Source: an uncultured delta proteobacterium
GTDB lineage: Bacteria > Myxococcota_A > Polyangia > Polyangiales > Polyangiaceae
Direction of reading: 5' to 3'
NCBI GenBank assembly: GCA_963782055.1
Contig: CAWAIF010000003.1
Coordinates: 5,600,001 to 5,664,000 of the forward strand
Length of the DNA stretch: 64,000 bases
The notes under the pieces: generated by a model
What the model was told of the DNA's origin: nothing
What the model saw: only the letters and a program-made list of their open reading frames with translations
Databases searched by the model: none
In this document: piece after piece, positions 19,152-27,912 of the stretch
Numbering within the stretch: the stretch's first letter is position 1
How the letters are laid out: each line of letters starts with the position of its first letter
Translations under genes and position numbers: made by a program

Positions 19152-19636
19152 TCAGGGGCGACGCACCGCGACCGGACGCGCGTGTCGCGAGCGATACTGG
19201 CTCGGCGTCTCGCCCTCCCACCGCTTGAAGGCGGTGGCGAACGCCGCGGCGTCGGCGTAGCCGAGCAGGTAGGCGATCTCTCCGATGCGCAGCCGATCGC
19301 TCTGCAGGTGCATCACCGCGAGCTCCCTGCGCGTGTCGTCGAGCAGCCGGCGGAAGCTGACGCGCCGCTCGGTCAGCCGCCGCTGCAGGGTACCCCGAAC
19401 GGCACGGCGGCGCCGGCGTGCAGGCCCAGCCCCGGCTTCTGCCACTGCTCCTGCGCGAGCTTCCAGCTCAGGGTGCTGCGCGCGATGGACACCCGGGCGT
19501 CGGGATCGTCCAGCACATCGCGCGCGATGCCGACGCCCTCGCGGATGCGCTCCACGTCGAGGCCGAGCGCCGCGAACCCGGCGAACGAGGCCCTGAGGGC
19601 GGTCGACCAGAGGCCGGTCTCCGCGCGCTCGGTCAT
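19152..19636 (-). pseudogene. AraC-family regulator remnant with large internal deletion and frameshift
   Basis: N-terminal LDDPDARVS...GLGLHAG frame (from 19636) joins out of frame near 19391 to the HTH part TLQRRL...IGEIAYLLGYADAAAF..AFKRWEG.TP..YR. Confidence 0.85.
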
Positions 19637-19769
19637 CGATGGTCTCCGGTGGCTGGCATGCGGCGACGACCATCATACAAGCGCGGCGCCGTCGCGAGGA
19701 CGCGCGCCCCGGCGCGTGGTTGTGATCTCCACGCGCCGGGGCCGATCCCGACTCGCCACGCTTGGACGG

Positions 19770-20924
19770 TCAGTGGCGCAAGAGGAGGTCGACGCGACGG
19801 TCCACGGCCCACGCGGCTTCATCTGTCCCGGTGGCGTCGAGCTCGCCGCGCGAGGTCTCGTTGATCTTGCTCTCGTCCATTCCATGCTGCTCGAGGAAGC
19901 TCCCGACGGTGTTCGCGCGTCGCGCGCCGAGGGCCTGGTTGTACTCGACGGTGCCGCGCGGGTCGGCGCGCCCGACCAGCTGCATCTCGGAGCCCTTGAG
20001 GGGCCCGGTGGTGAAGCACTCGGCGACCTTCTTCAGCACCTCCTCGTCTTCCGGCAGGAGGGCGCTCTCGTCGAAGTTGAACTTGGGCGCCGTGTCGATG
20101 TTGTCCAGGTCCATCTTGCAGGCCGCCAGGACCTCCTCGGAGATGGAGAGGGAGGGGCTCACCGGCCTCATCTTCTCCGGCGGGGGCGCGGTGACGGGCG
20201 CGGGCGGCGGCAGCGTCGCCCGTGTCACCTGGGTCTGCGAGACCGGAATCGCCTCGCCGGCGTACGCGTTCGTCACGTCGAAGCGACCCTGGACGCCGGC
20301 GAAGACGAAGGTGCTGACACGCGGGTCGTTCAGGGCCACCTGGGGGCCGTTGTTCTGCCAGAGCGGCAGGTTGAGGTCGGCCCCGATGACGGGCGCGATG
20401 GCGACGTCCTTGTCGACCCGGATGTCCATGCCCACGGTGAGCTTCGCCAGCTCGAAGCCGTGGGTGAGCAGGTTCGGTGCGGGGTCGGGGTGCGTCTCCC
20501 AGAGCAGGCGATACCCCGTCCCGAGCTGCACCCACGGATCGGCGCGCGTGTACGGCGAGAGGTGATAGGCGGCGTTGATGCCGGCGGTGAGCCCGCGGGC
20601 TCCGGACGCGCGCTCCGCGGTGAGCTCCTGATACTGGCCGGCGAGACCGATCGACCAGTGCGGATCGATGCGGTAGCCGACGCCGAGGTCGACGGCGATA
20701 CCCGGCGTGACGACGTCCGGGAGCGCGACGCCCCCCTGCAGCATGCCGAAGCCCTGTGTGTAGCCCGTGCCGACCGACAGCTCGAGCGCCTTGATCGGGG
20801 CATCCACATGCTGCTGCAAGTACGATGGCTCCTCTCCGGCTGAGGGCGTCGTTTGTGCGCGCGCCTGCATGGCGGAGGCGAGCACGAGACCGATGGCTGA
20901 CACCGTGGCGAGTTTGGCGTTCAT
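19770..20924 (-). CDS. OmpA-family protein (N-terminal beta-barrel plus peptidoglycan-binding domain)
   Basis: Signal peptide; amphipathic strands; FNFDES, LVGRADPRG.VEYNQALGARRA, DRRVDL; AAGGAGG RBS. Confidence 0.92.
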   Translation of the reverse strand: MNAKLATVSAIGLVLASAMQARAQTTPSAGEEPSYLQQHVDAPIKALELSVGTGYTQGFGMLQGGVALPDVVTPGIAVDLGVGYRIDPHWSIGLAGQYQELTAERASGARGLTAGINAAYHLSPYTRADPWVQLGTGYRLLWETHPDPAPNLLTHGFELAKLTVGMDIRVDKDVAIAPVIGADLNLPLWQNNGPQVALNDPRVSTFVFAGVQGRFDVTNAYAGEAIPVSQTQVTRATLPPPAPVTAPPPEKMRPVSPSLSISEEVLAACKMDLDNIDTAPKFNFDESALLPEDEEVLKKVAECFTTGPLKGSEMQLVGRADPRGTVEYNQALGARRANTVGSFLEQHGMDESKINETSRGELDATGTDEAAWAVDRRVDLLLRH

Positions 20925-20980
20925 GGCGCCCTCCTTTCCGAGTAACTCGGGGGGGACCGAGTGGGATGCTGGTGCACCAG

Positions 20981-20996
20981 TGCATCCGATGTGCCA
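20981..20996 (-). promoter_or_regulatory. sigma54 -24/-12 promoter of the ompA-like gene
   Basis: Minus strand TGGCACATCGGATGCA, exact spacing, 57 bp upstream of the ATG. Confidence 0.75.
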
Positions 20997-21442
20997 CTTC
21001 GCATTACACGGTAGTTTTATACTGTCAGCGCGTTGGCGCTCCGCGGCACCCCATCCGGTCCGGACTCTCGACACAGCTGCACGGGCAGCGTCGAAACGAA
21101 GATGGTTCGCCGATGCACCCTGCCGAGTGTGAGCAGACCTTCGGCTCATCCGCGCTGGGCGACGCTGTCGACGCGGCTGTCCGCGCTCGGAGGCTCACGT
21201 GTCGGTGCTTCCCACCTCGGGTCTTCACAGGACGCATCGCATGCGCACCGGGGTGCGCGGCCGCGCGCACCCACGTGCGCGGGAAGCCACGGCTTCACGC
21301 CACCCCGTACCCCCGGTTCACAGCTCCCGCCCTGGCCACCGGATCGCAAGGAGGCGGACAATCGCGCGCTCGCGCCCACGGCAGGAGTCTGCGCCCCCGC
21401 CCCATGACGCACCGTGGCATGCAGGATGCTTGAGGCGGCCCC

Positions 21443-22114
21443 GTGCACGGCCCACCCCCCCGCCACTTGCCGTGGGCTTGCCTGCTCCTGGCGGGCTGCG
21501 CCTTCCCGACGGCGGTGCCGCAGGCCCGCGTGCGGAGGGGCCCCGCCTACGCGCAGGTGGTGACGCCTCTCGCAGCGCTCCCGGTGACGTGCGCGGAGGT
21601 CCGCTCGCGCAGGCTGCCCGCCGCGTGCACCCCGGGCCGCATCGATGCCGTGGCCAGCGCCGCGCGCCTCGCGCTGGAGTTCGACGGACACGGCGTCGTC
21701 GACACCGAGCGCATCAACGTCCTCGCACGCCACCGCACGACGGTCACGCACGACGAAGCGACGGCGCGCCCTGCCGCGCCCCAGAACCCGCTCCGGCCGC
21801 CGCCCTCTTCGGGCGACTCCGTCACGATGCTCGAGGGGGGGGCGACATGGAGCGACGCCCCCGCCGACCAGCGCAGCGCCCTCCTCGCCGCCATGGGCGT
21901 GCACGGCCTGCTCGCCGTGCGGATCACGGTGGGGCCCGCGCGGGGCGCGTCGGCGGAGCAGACGGTCACCGCGCAGGTGACCGTGTCGCGGCTCGCTCCC
22001 GCCCAGCTCGTGTGGGAGAGCCGGTGCAGCGCAGAGACCGGAGACTACCACTCGGTGGACCAGGCCTTCGACATCGCGACGCGGTGCGCGCTGGAGAGTC
22101 CGTCGCTGTGGTGA
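21443..22114 (+). CDS. Uncharacterised lipoprotein, paralog 1 of 3
   Basis: LAGC lipobox; LEFDG, LVWESRC and TRCAL motifs shared with paralogs. Confidence 0.8.
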   Translation: MHGPPPRHLPWACLLLAGCAFPTAVPQARVRRGPAYAQVVTPLAALPVTCAEVRSRRLPAACTPGRIDAVASAARLALEFDGHGVVDTERINVLARHRTTVTHDEATARPAAPQNPLRPPPSSGDSVTMLEGGATWSDAPADQRSALLAAMGVHGLLAVRITVGPARGASAEQTVTAQVTVSRLAPAQLVWESRCSAETGDYHSVDQAFDIATRCALESPSLW

Positions 22115-22770
22115 GGCGCCTCCTCGCAGCGACCGGGATCGCGGTCGCGCTGGGCGCGTGCGCGACGCCGGCGGAGATCCAGCCGCCCGTCCTCCGCGTG
22201 CGACGCGGGCCTGCCGCCTCGCGCCCCGTCCATCGCGTGGTGGCGACACGCGCGACGTGCGGCTCCTTCTCGTCGCTGGCGGGCGACGCGGGGGCGGTCG
22301 CCTCGGCGCCCTGCAGCCCGGACGCGGTCCGCGGCGTGGACGAGCTCGTCCGCGCGGCGCTCGAGTTTCGCGGCTACGACGTGCTGGACGCCGAGGCGAT
22401 CAACGCGGTCACCGCCGCGCGCTCCGAGACGACCACCGAGCGCTCCGACAGACCAGGCGCGACGCGGTCTTCGGTCACCACGGTCGAGGAGGGCTCCCGG
22501 TTCGAGGACCGGACACCCCTCGAGCAGACCGCCATCCTCCGGAAGCTCGGCGCCGACGGCGTGGTCTCGACGCGCATCTGGATCGGCGCGCGCGCGGGGG
22601 CGATGAGCATGGAGCGCACCGCCACGGTGCAGGTGACGCTCGCCGGCGCGGCCGACGGCGCGCTCGTGTGGTCGCGCCGGTGCGATCTCCTCGTGGGCGG
22701 GCTCACCGCGACCGACGCGGTGGCGATGGAGCACGGCGCGCGGTGCGCCATGGCCGGGGACGCGCCGTGA
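22111..22770 (+). CDS. Uncharacterised lipoprotein, paralog 2 of 3
   Basis: GTGA overlap; LGAC lipobox; LEFRG, LVWSRRC, ARCAM. Confidence 0.8.
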   Translation: MRRLLAATGIAVALGACATPAEIQPPVLRVRRGPAASRPVHRVVATRATCGSFSSLAGDAGAVASAPCSPDAVRGVDELVRAALEFRGYDVLDAEAINAVTAARSETTTERSDRPGATRSSVTTVEEGSRFEDRTPLEQTAILRKLGADGVVSTRIWIGARAGAMSMERTATVQVTLAGAADGALVWSRRCDLLVGGLTATDAVAMEHGARCAMAGDAP

Positions 22771-23396
22771 GGCGAGGTGCGGCAGGCGCCGTCCTCCTCG
22801 CCTCCGGGCACCTGCTCGGCTGCAGCGTGGGGGTGGGCGGTGCGTACGTCGGCAAGTACCGCGCGCACGACGCCGTGCAGTACGAGGCGTGCCTCGAGGA
22901 CGCGGCTGGCCGCTGCGCGGACACGAGGGTCTCCACCCGTCACGTCCCCGCCCGCTCCTTCACCGGCGCGGTCCTCGCCTTCCCCGCGCTGGGCGCTGCG
23001 GTGGTGACTCACGACGGCGACACCTCGGCGCGCTTTCGCGTGGACGGGTCGCTGGAGGTCCTCGCGGGCAAGGGACGCTTCGCGGTGGGCGGGCGCACCG
23101 ATGTCCTCTTCGACGATCAGGGCGCGGTGTCCGTCCCGGTGACGATCGTCGGGCACGCGTCGCTGCTGGAGCGTCTCAGCGTCCACGCCGGCGTCGGGTA
23201 CGTCCCGTACTCCAACCTCGCCGGAGAGATCTCTCTCGTCGGCGCGCGCGCGCTGGCCGGCGTCCAGATCGGCCTCATCCGGGCGTCGCAGACGAGCTAC
23301 GTCGTGCTCACCGTCGAGACCGACCTGACGTGGGTCGACTTCACCACCTCCTATCTCTCCAACGGCTACACCACCCACCTGGGGTTCTTCTTCTGA
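22767..23396 (+). CDS. Putative lipidated small outer-membrane beta-barrel protein
   Basis: GTGA overlap; LLGC lipobox; alternating hydrophobic strands; C-terminus YTTHLGFFF (terminal aromatic). Confidence 0.7.
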   Translation: MRRGAAGAVLLASGHLLGCSVGVGGAYVGKYRAHDAVQYEACLEDAAGRCADTRVSTRHVPARSFTGAVLAFPALGAAVVTHDGDTSARFRVDGSLEVLAGKGRFAVGGRTDVLFDDQGAVSVPVTIVGHASLLERLSVHAGVGYVPYSNLAGEISLVGARALAGVQIGLIRASQTSYVVLTVETDLTWVDFTTSYLSNGYTTHLGFFF

Positions 23397-23427
23397 GCCT
23401 CGCTTCTCCACCGACCAAGGGACTCGC

Positions 23428-24141
23428 ATGAAATCGACCATCTTTGCCGTCGCCTTTCTCGCGCTCGGCGCTTGCGCGAGCCCCCCGCGGCCGCTCTCTC
23501 CGGAGGTCGCGCTCGGCCCGGCGCGCGCCGCCCGTCCGGCGCGCGTGCTCGTCACCAGGGCGCACTGCGGCTCGATGGAGTACCGGTGCCCCGCCGACTA
23601 CGGGCGCACCGTCGACCAGATCATCCGCTCGCAGCTGGAGTTCACCGGCCACTCCCTGGTCGAGGGCGACGCGCTGCTGCGCACCACGCGCGCGCGCCAC
23701 GAGGAGCACCAGGACTCCAGCACCACGACCGAGAGTCACCACGAGACGGTCACCGGCCGGGAGATTGGCGCTCCCCTCGGCCTGAACCGCCGGACGAAGT
23801 CGGAGGCCGTCACCACGACGACCACCGAGACGGGCCTCGTCGTCCTCGACGGCCCCACCTTCGAGGATCTCTCGGTCGACGAGCGCAAGGAGGTCCTCGC
23901 CAAGTCGGGCGCCGACGCCGCGCTGTCGGTGCGGGTGGTCATCGGCGGCCAGCAGGGCGTCTGGTTGCCCGACCAGAACGTCGAGGTGACGGTGAAGATG
24001 TCGGAGGGCGACGCGATGGTCTGGGCCTCGCGCTGCCTCGCCAGCTCCAACGACTACGCGACGGTGAGCGCGGCGCTCGAGGCGGCCTCGCGCTGCGCGA
24101 TGGACGGGGCGACGTCTGCGGGAGCGGGCCCGCGCCCCTGA
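23428..24141 (+). CDS. Uncharacterised lipoprotein, paralog 3 of 3
   Basis: MKSTIFAVAFLALGAC; LEFTG, MVWASRC, SRCAM; AAGGGA RBS. Confidence 0.85.
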   Translation: MKSTIFAVAFLALGACASPPRPLSPEVALGPARAARPARVLVTRAHCGSMEYRCPADYGRTVDQIIRSQLEFTGHSLVEGDALLRTTRARHEEHQDSSTTTESHHETVTGREIGAPLGLNRRTKSEAVTTTTTETGLVVLDGPTFEDLSVDERKEVLAKSGADAALSVRVVIGGQQGVWLPDQNVEVTVKMSEGDAMVWASRCLASSNDYATVSAALEAASRCAMDGATSAGAGPRP

Positions 24142-24173
24142 CGTTGGCGCACGGCGACCCGCGCGACCGCGGG

Positions 24174-25145
24174 CTACGACGCCGCGGGCGGCCGGACCCA
24201 CTCGAGCTGGCTCACCTCGAAGTCGCACACGCCCAGCGCGGGGCCGGGCTCGCCGCGCGCGGCCGTCTCGGCGAGCACGTCCTTCGCGAACCGGCGGAGC
24301 CTGCGGTGCGCGCCGTCCGCCGTGTTGATCGCGTCCAGCGTCGCGTCCGGCACGCCGAGCTCGAGGTCGGCGTCGTACGGGCCTGCCGCGATGCGCTCCC
24401 GGATGCGCTCGTCGGAGTAGCGGGCGTCGCCGGTCAGGAGCACCGCGCGCGGGGGAAAGGCGGGCTCCTCCAGGTCGTAGACCAAAAGGAGCGCGTCGCG
24501 CTCGCCGAGCCCCTGCGCGAGCCGCGTCACCTCGTCGACGGCGCACCGCTTCGCGCGCGCGCCCAGCCGGGGCGCGCCGCGCCGGCTGGTGAACTCCGGG
24601 GACTCGTCGCCCGTCGGGTCGATGCCCATGCTCGTCGCCGACCAGGTGCGCCGCCACACGCGCGCGATCCCGTCGCCGTCCCACTCCACGCGGTACGCCT
24701 CCACCTCGGCGGCGAGGTTGATCTTGCGCACGGCGAAGGTGACGTGCCCGTCCTCCCACGCGAAGCGGAACCAGCCCACGCCGGTCGGCGCGGCGGAGGC
24801 GAGCCAGAGCAGGCGACCGTCCCGCACCTCGCCCGCCCAGACCTTCGAGCAGCGCCCGTCCTCGGACCGCCGCCCACGCACCGCGGTGTCCGTCCACTCG
24901 AAGGTGTCGGTCCAGAGCACGCGACCGGCGCGCATCGCCTCCCGCCGCAGGACGCGACCGGACGCGTCGAGATCGAAGGTCCAGCACTCCTGGCTGCGCG
25001 ACGGACGTTCCCGCAGCCGCGGTCTGGAGGCGCCGTACGCCTCCGGCACGATCGGGTTGAGCAAGTCGGCGTCGTCGGACGCGTGGAGGGTGCGCGCGAC
25101 GACGCCCACGGGGATCACCGGCGCCTCGTCCAGCATGCGATTCAT
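24174..25145 (-). CDS. Hypothetical protein (Trp-rich beta region)
   Basis: Open frame with GC3 bias filling the gap after the DUF3089 gene; start may be 25178. Confidence 0.6.
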   Translation of the reverse strand: MNRMLDEAPVIPVGVVARTLHASDDADLLNPIVPEAYGASRPRLRERPSRSQECWTFDLDASGRVLRREAMRAGRVLWTDTFEWTDTAVRGRRSEDGRCSKVWAGEVRDGRLLWLASAAPTGVGWFRFAWEDGHVTFAVRKINLAAEVEAYRVEWDGDGIARVWRRTWSATSMGIDPTGDESPEFTSRRGAPRLGARAKRCAVDEVTRLAQGLGERDALLLVYDLEEPAFPPRAVLLTGDARYSDERIRERIAAGPYDADLELGVPDATLDAINTADGAHRRLRRFAKDVLAETAARGEPGPALGVCDFEVSQLEWVRPPAAS

Positions 25146-25210
25146 GCCGCCGGGATAGCCGGGGGGATCGGAGGCCATCGCGCGGGTGAGCGTCGGGGTC
25201 AGGGCGACGG

Positions 25211-26350
25211 TCACGGGAGCCGCTCCGCCCGCGTCGCGACCATGTCCAGGAGGTCCCCCTGCGTGAGCTGCATGTCCAGGACGTGCAGGCCGAGCGGCCC
25301 GAGCAGGCCGCGGCCGTCGAAGTCTCGGTCGAAGTCGATGGGGCTGACGCGCGCGTCGCCGGGGGGCGGTGTGGTGGTCACGGCGAGGTACGCGTAGTCC
25401 CCGGGGCCGCGCACGCACCGGCCGGAGTAGAAGTCGGGCAGCACCACGAAGGGCGTGACGATGCCGTCGACGCCCCGCAGGTGCCGCCGCGTCATCGCGT
25501 CGAGCGGCATGACCGCCCGCGAGAAGCGGTGCTCGGCGTCGCTCCCGACGTTCGCGGGGTCGACGCACGCCGCCCGCAGCCCGGGCTTGGGGTACCAGCT
25601 GCGCGGGTGGACCGGGTGGTCGGCGCGATACGAGCGATACGCCACGACGCACCCCGTCTCGGTGGCGCTCGCGCACACCGGGAGGTTCCGGAAGGTCCCG
25701 CCGGTGCGCTTGCCCGGCGCCACCTCCACGTCGCCGCCGATGGGCATCGCGAGCAGGAGCCGGTCGCGCATCGACGGGTCCTCGTCGAAGAACTCGCGCA
25801 AGAGACGCACCACCATCTCGGCGCCCTGCGAGTGGCCGATGAGGACGATCTTGCGCCCGTGGTTGTACGCCGCCAGGTACTGCTTGAACGCCGCCTCCAC
25901 GTCGGCGTAGGCGATCGCCAGCCCGCGCTCCAGCCGCTCGTGCGGGCGCAGGTACGTCCCGATGGTGACCTGCCGGTAGTAGGGCACGTACAGGGCGCAC
26001 GCCTCGCGGAAGTTCGCCGCCTGCGCGAAGGTCGTCCGGTCGATGCGCGCGTCGGGGAAGGCCGCGTGGTTGCCGGGCACCAGCTGCAGGTCGACGGTCG
26101 GGTAGACGTAGAAGCAGTCCACCTTCGGGTTGGCGGCGGTCTTGCCCGGCACGACGCGCCGGGATCCGTCGGGGAGGATCTCGGTGGCGGTGCGGTCCGC
26201 CGCGCACGCGTCGTCGCGACCGGGCAGGCACAGCCACCTCGCCGGATCGGCGTAGCCGAGCGGGGCGCGGAGCGCCGCGGTGCCCGCCAGGCCGTGACCG
26301 CAGCCGGCGAAGAGCGCGAGCAGGAGCAGCACGAGGAGAGCGCGACGCAT
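25211..26350 (-). CDS. DUF3089 family alpha/beta-hydrolase lipoprotein
   Basis: FAGC lipobox; WLCLPGRDDAC, VDCFYVYPTV, PYYRQ, AYADV..AF..YL, LIGHSQG, GLHVLD. Confidence 0.92.
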   Translation of the reverse strand: MRRALLVLLLLALFAGCGHGLAGTAALRAPLGYADPARWLCLPGRDDACAADRTATEILPDGSRRVVPGKTAANPKVDCFYVYPTVDLQLVPGNHAAFPDARIDRTTFAQAANFREACALYVPYYRQVTIGTYLRPHERLERGLAIAYADVEAAFKQYLAAYNHGRKIVLIGHSQGAEMVVRLLREFFDEDPSMRDRLLLAMPIGGDVEVAPGKRTGGTFRNLPVCASATETGCVVAYRSYRADHPVHPRSWYPKPGLRAACVDPANVGSDAEHRFSRAVMPLDAMTRRHLRGVDGIVTPFVVLPDFYSGRCVRGPGDYAYLAVTTTPPPGDARVSPIDFDRDFDGRGLLGPLGLHVLDMQLTQGDLLDMVATRAERLP

Positions 26351-26404
26351 CCGGCAGAGCATAGCCGGATCGCGGCAAAATCGGCCCGGGCGGCGATTGT
26401 GCGT

Positions 26405-26428
26405 TGCATTCTGTAATTACAGAACGCA
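26405..26428. promoter_or_regulatory. Palindromic operator (TetR-type candidate)
   Basis: tgcaTTCTGTAATTACAGAAcgca: perfect 16-bp core in a 24-bp near-palindrome, 12 bp before ATG 26440. Confidence 0.7.
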
Positions 26429-26439
26429 CACTGATCCTC

Positions 26440-27207
26440 ATGGCGACGGCGACCCATCCCCAGGTCGCGGACTTGCAGCTCGCGAGCCCGCCCCAGAGCA
26501 GCAAGGAGCTGGTGCGCACGGCCTCCGCCGGCCGCCTGACGGACGAGCGCCGCGAGCGCGTGCGCGCCGCGGCGCTCGCGGAGATCCCGCGCTGGTACAA
26601 CCCCTGGGCCCACCTGGGCGCGACGCTCTCCATCGGCCTGGTGGTGCTCGCCATCTCCATCTGGCGCCTGCACGCGCCCAGCGCGCTGGAGTGGCTCGTC
26701 GTGCCGGCGGTGTTCTTGCTCGCCAACGGGTTCGAGTGGCGCGTCCACAAGCACGTGCTGCACCGGCGCCGCTGGCCGGTGCAGATCATCTACGATCGTC
26801 ACACCCCCATGCACCACATGGTCTACGTGGAGCAGGACATGCAGGTGCGCTCCTGGCAGGAGCTGCGGCTGGTCCTCATGCCCGCGCTCGGCATCCTGGC
26901 CATCGTCCTCTTGACGGCGCCCTTCGCCGCCGGCGTGGCGTGGCTCTGGTCGGCCAACGCCGGGTGGCTCCTCCTCGTGACGGCGAGCCTCTACATGGTC
27001 AGCTACGAGGTCTTCCACCTCGCCTACCACCTGCCTGCGCACAGCTTCATCGGCCGCACGCGTCTCATCCAGGTGCTGCGCGCGCACCACGCGCGCCACC
27101 ACGAGCCGCGACTCATGCAGAAGTACAACTTCAACGTGACCATCCCCCTGTTCGACTGGATCCTGGGGACCGTGGCGCCGGACGACCCGCCGGACCCCGC
27201 GGCCTGA
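26440..27207 (+). CDS. Sterol desaturase / fatty acid hydroxylase family membrane protein
   Basis: His boxes HKHVLH, HTPMHH, YEVFHLAYH, HHARHH; NFNVT.PLFDWILGT. Confidence 0.92.
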   Translation: MATATHPQVADLQLASPPQSSKELVRTASAGRLTDERRERVRAAALAEIPRWYNPWAHLGATLSIGLVVLAISIWRLHAPSALEWLVVPAVFLLANGFEWRVHKHVLHRRRWPVQIIYDRHTPMHHMVYVEQDMQVRSWQELRLVLMPALGILAIVLLTAPFAAGVAWLWSANAGWLLLVTASLYMVSYEVFHLAYHLPAHSFIGRTRLIQVLRAHHARHHEPRLMQKYNFNVTIPLFDWILGTVAPDDPPDPAA

Positions 27208-27273
27208 GGTCGGCCGAAGCCCTGGGTGCGGCGCCGGGGGATCCTTTCGACGCGCGACCCGTATCTGTCCAGG

Positions 27274-27900
27274 ATGCGCTGGATCCTGACCCTGCTTCTG
27301 CTCGCCGGGTGCGGCGGCCCTCCGGGTAGCACCACGGGCGTGGTGACGCAGCCGGACCAGGCGCAGGCACCGCCGGGGACGAGCGGCCACGTCCCCTCTG
27401 CCGCGGCGTCCAGGGCGACGACGACGTACGCGTGGCGCTGGGACGGAGACGAGCCCGGATTCGGGCGCTCCTTCTATCACACGCCGCGGAGCGTGACCGG
27501 CGGCGGGCTCACCTGCACGTTCACCTACAGCGAAGCCGCCCGCCTCGCGAGGACTGCATGCGACGTCTCGGGGCGCGAGCTTTGGCATCACGACGAAGGG
27601 GACGCGTTCGTCGAGGACGCCTCGCTCCTGCTCGACCACGGGACGCTCTACGTCGCGCGCTACTCCGACATCTCCAACGGGTGCACGGTCCACGCGTTCG
27701 ATGCGCGCGCCGGCGTCGTGCGCTGGACGACCCCGCTGCGCGGCCTGGGCCCCGTGGCCCACAGCGAGTACCTGAACGCCGTCGAGCTCCGCCTCGTCGG
27801 CGGGCGCGCCGTGGCCTTCGGCTGGGAGAGCGCAGGGCGGTACGTCGAGGCGCTCGACCCGTCGACCGGCGCGGTGACCTACCACGCGCTCGTCCCCTGA
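27274..27900 (+). CDS. Lipoprotein with PQQ-like beta-propeller blades
   Basis: LAGC lipobox; SGRELW, VHAFDARAGVVRW, VEALDPSTG. Confidence 0.75.
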   Translation: MRWILTLLLLAGCGGPPGSTTGVVTQPDQAQAPPGTSGHVPSAAASRATTTYAWRWDGDEPGFGRSFYHTPRSVTGGGLTCTFTYSEAARLARTACDVSGRELWHHDEGDAFVEDASLLLDHGTLYVARYSDISNGCTVHAFDARAGVVRWTTPLRGLGPVAHSEYLNAVELRLVGGRAVAFGWESAGRYVEALDPSTGAVTYHALVP

Positions 27901-27912
27901 GGCGGGGCGCGT

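Noticed and set aside
21030..21440. Long intergenic region considered for a riboswitch or ncRNA
   Set aside because: No recognisable conserved motif or convincing terminator; would need an Rfam search
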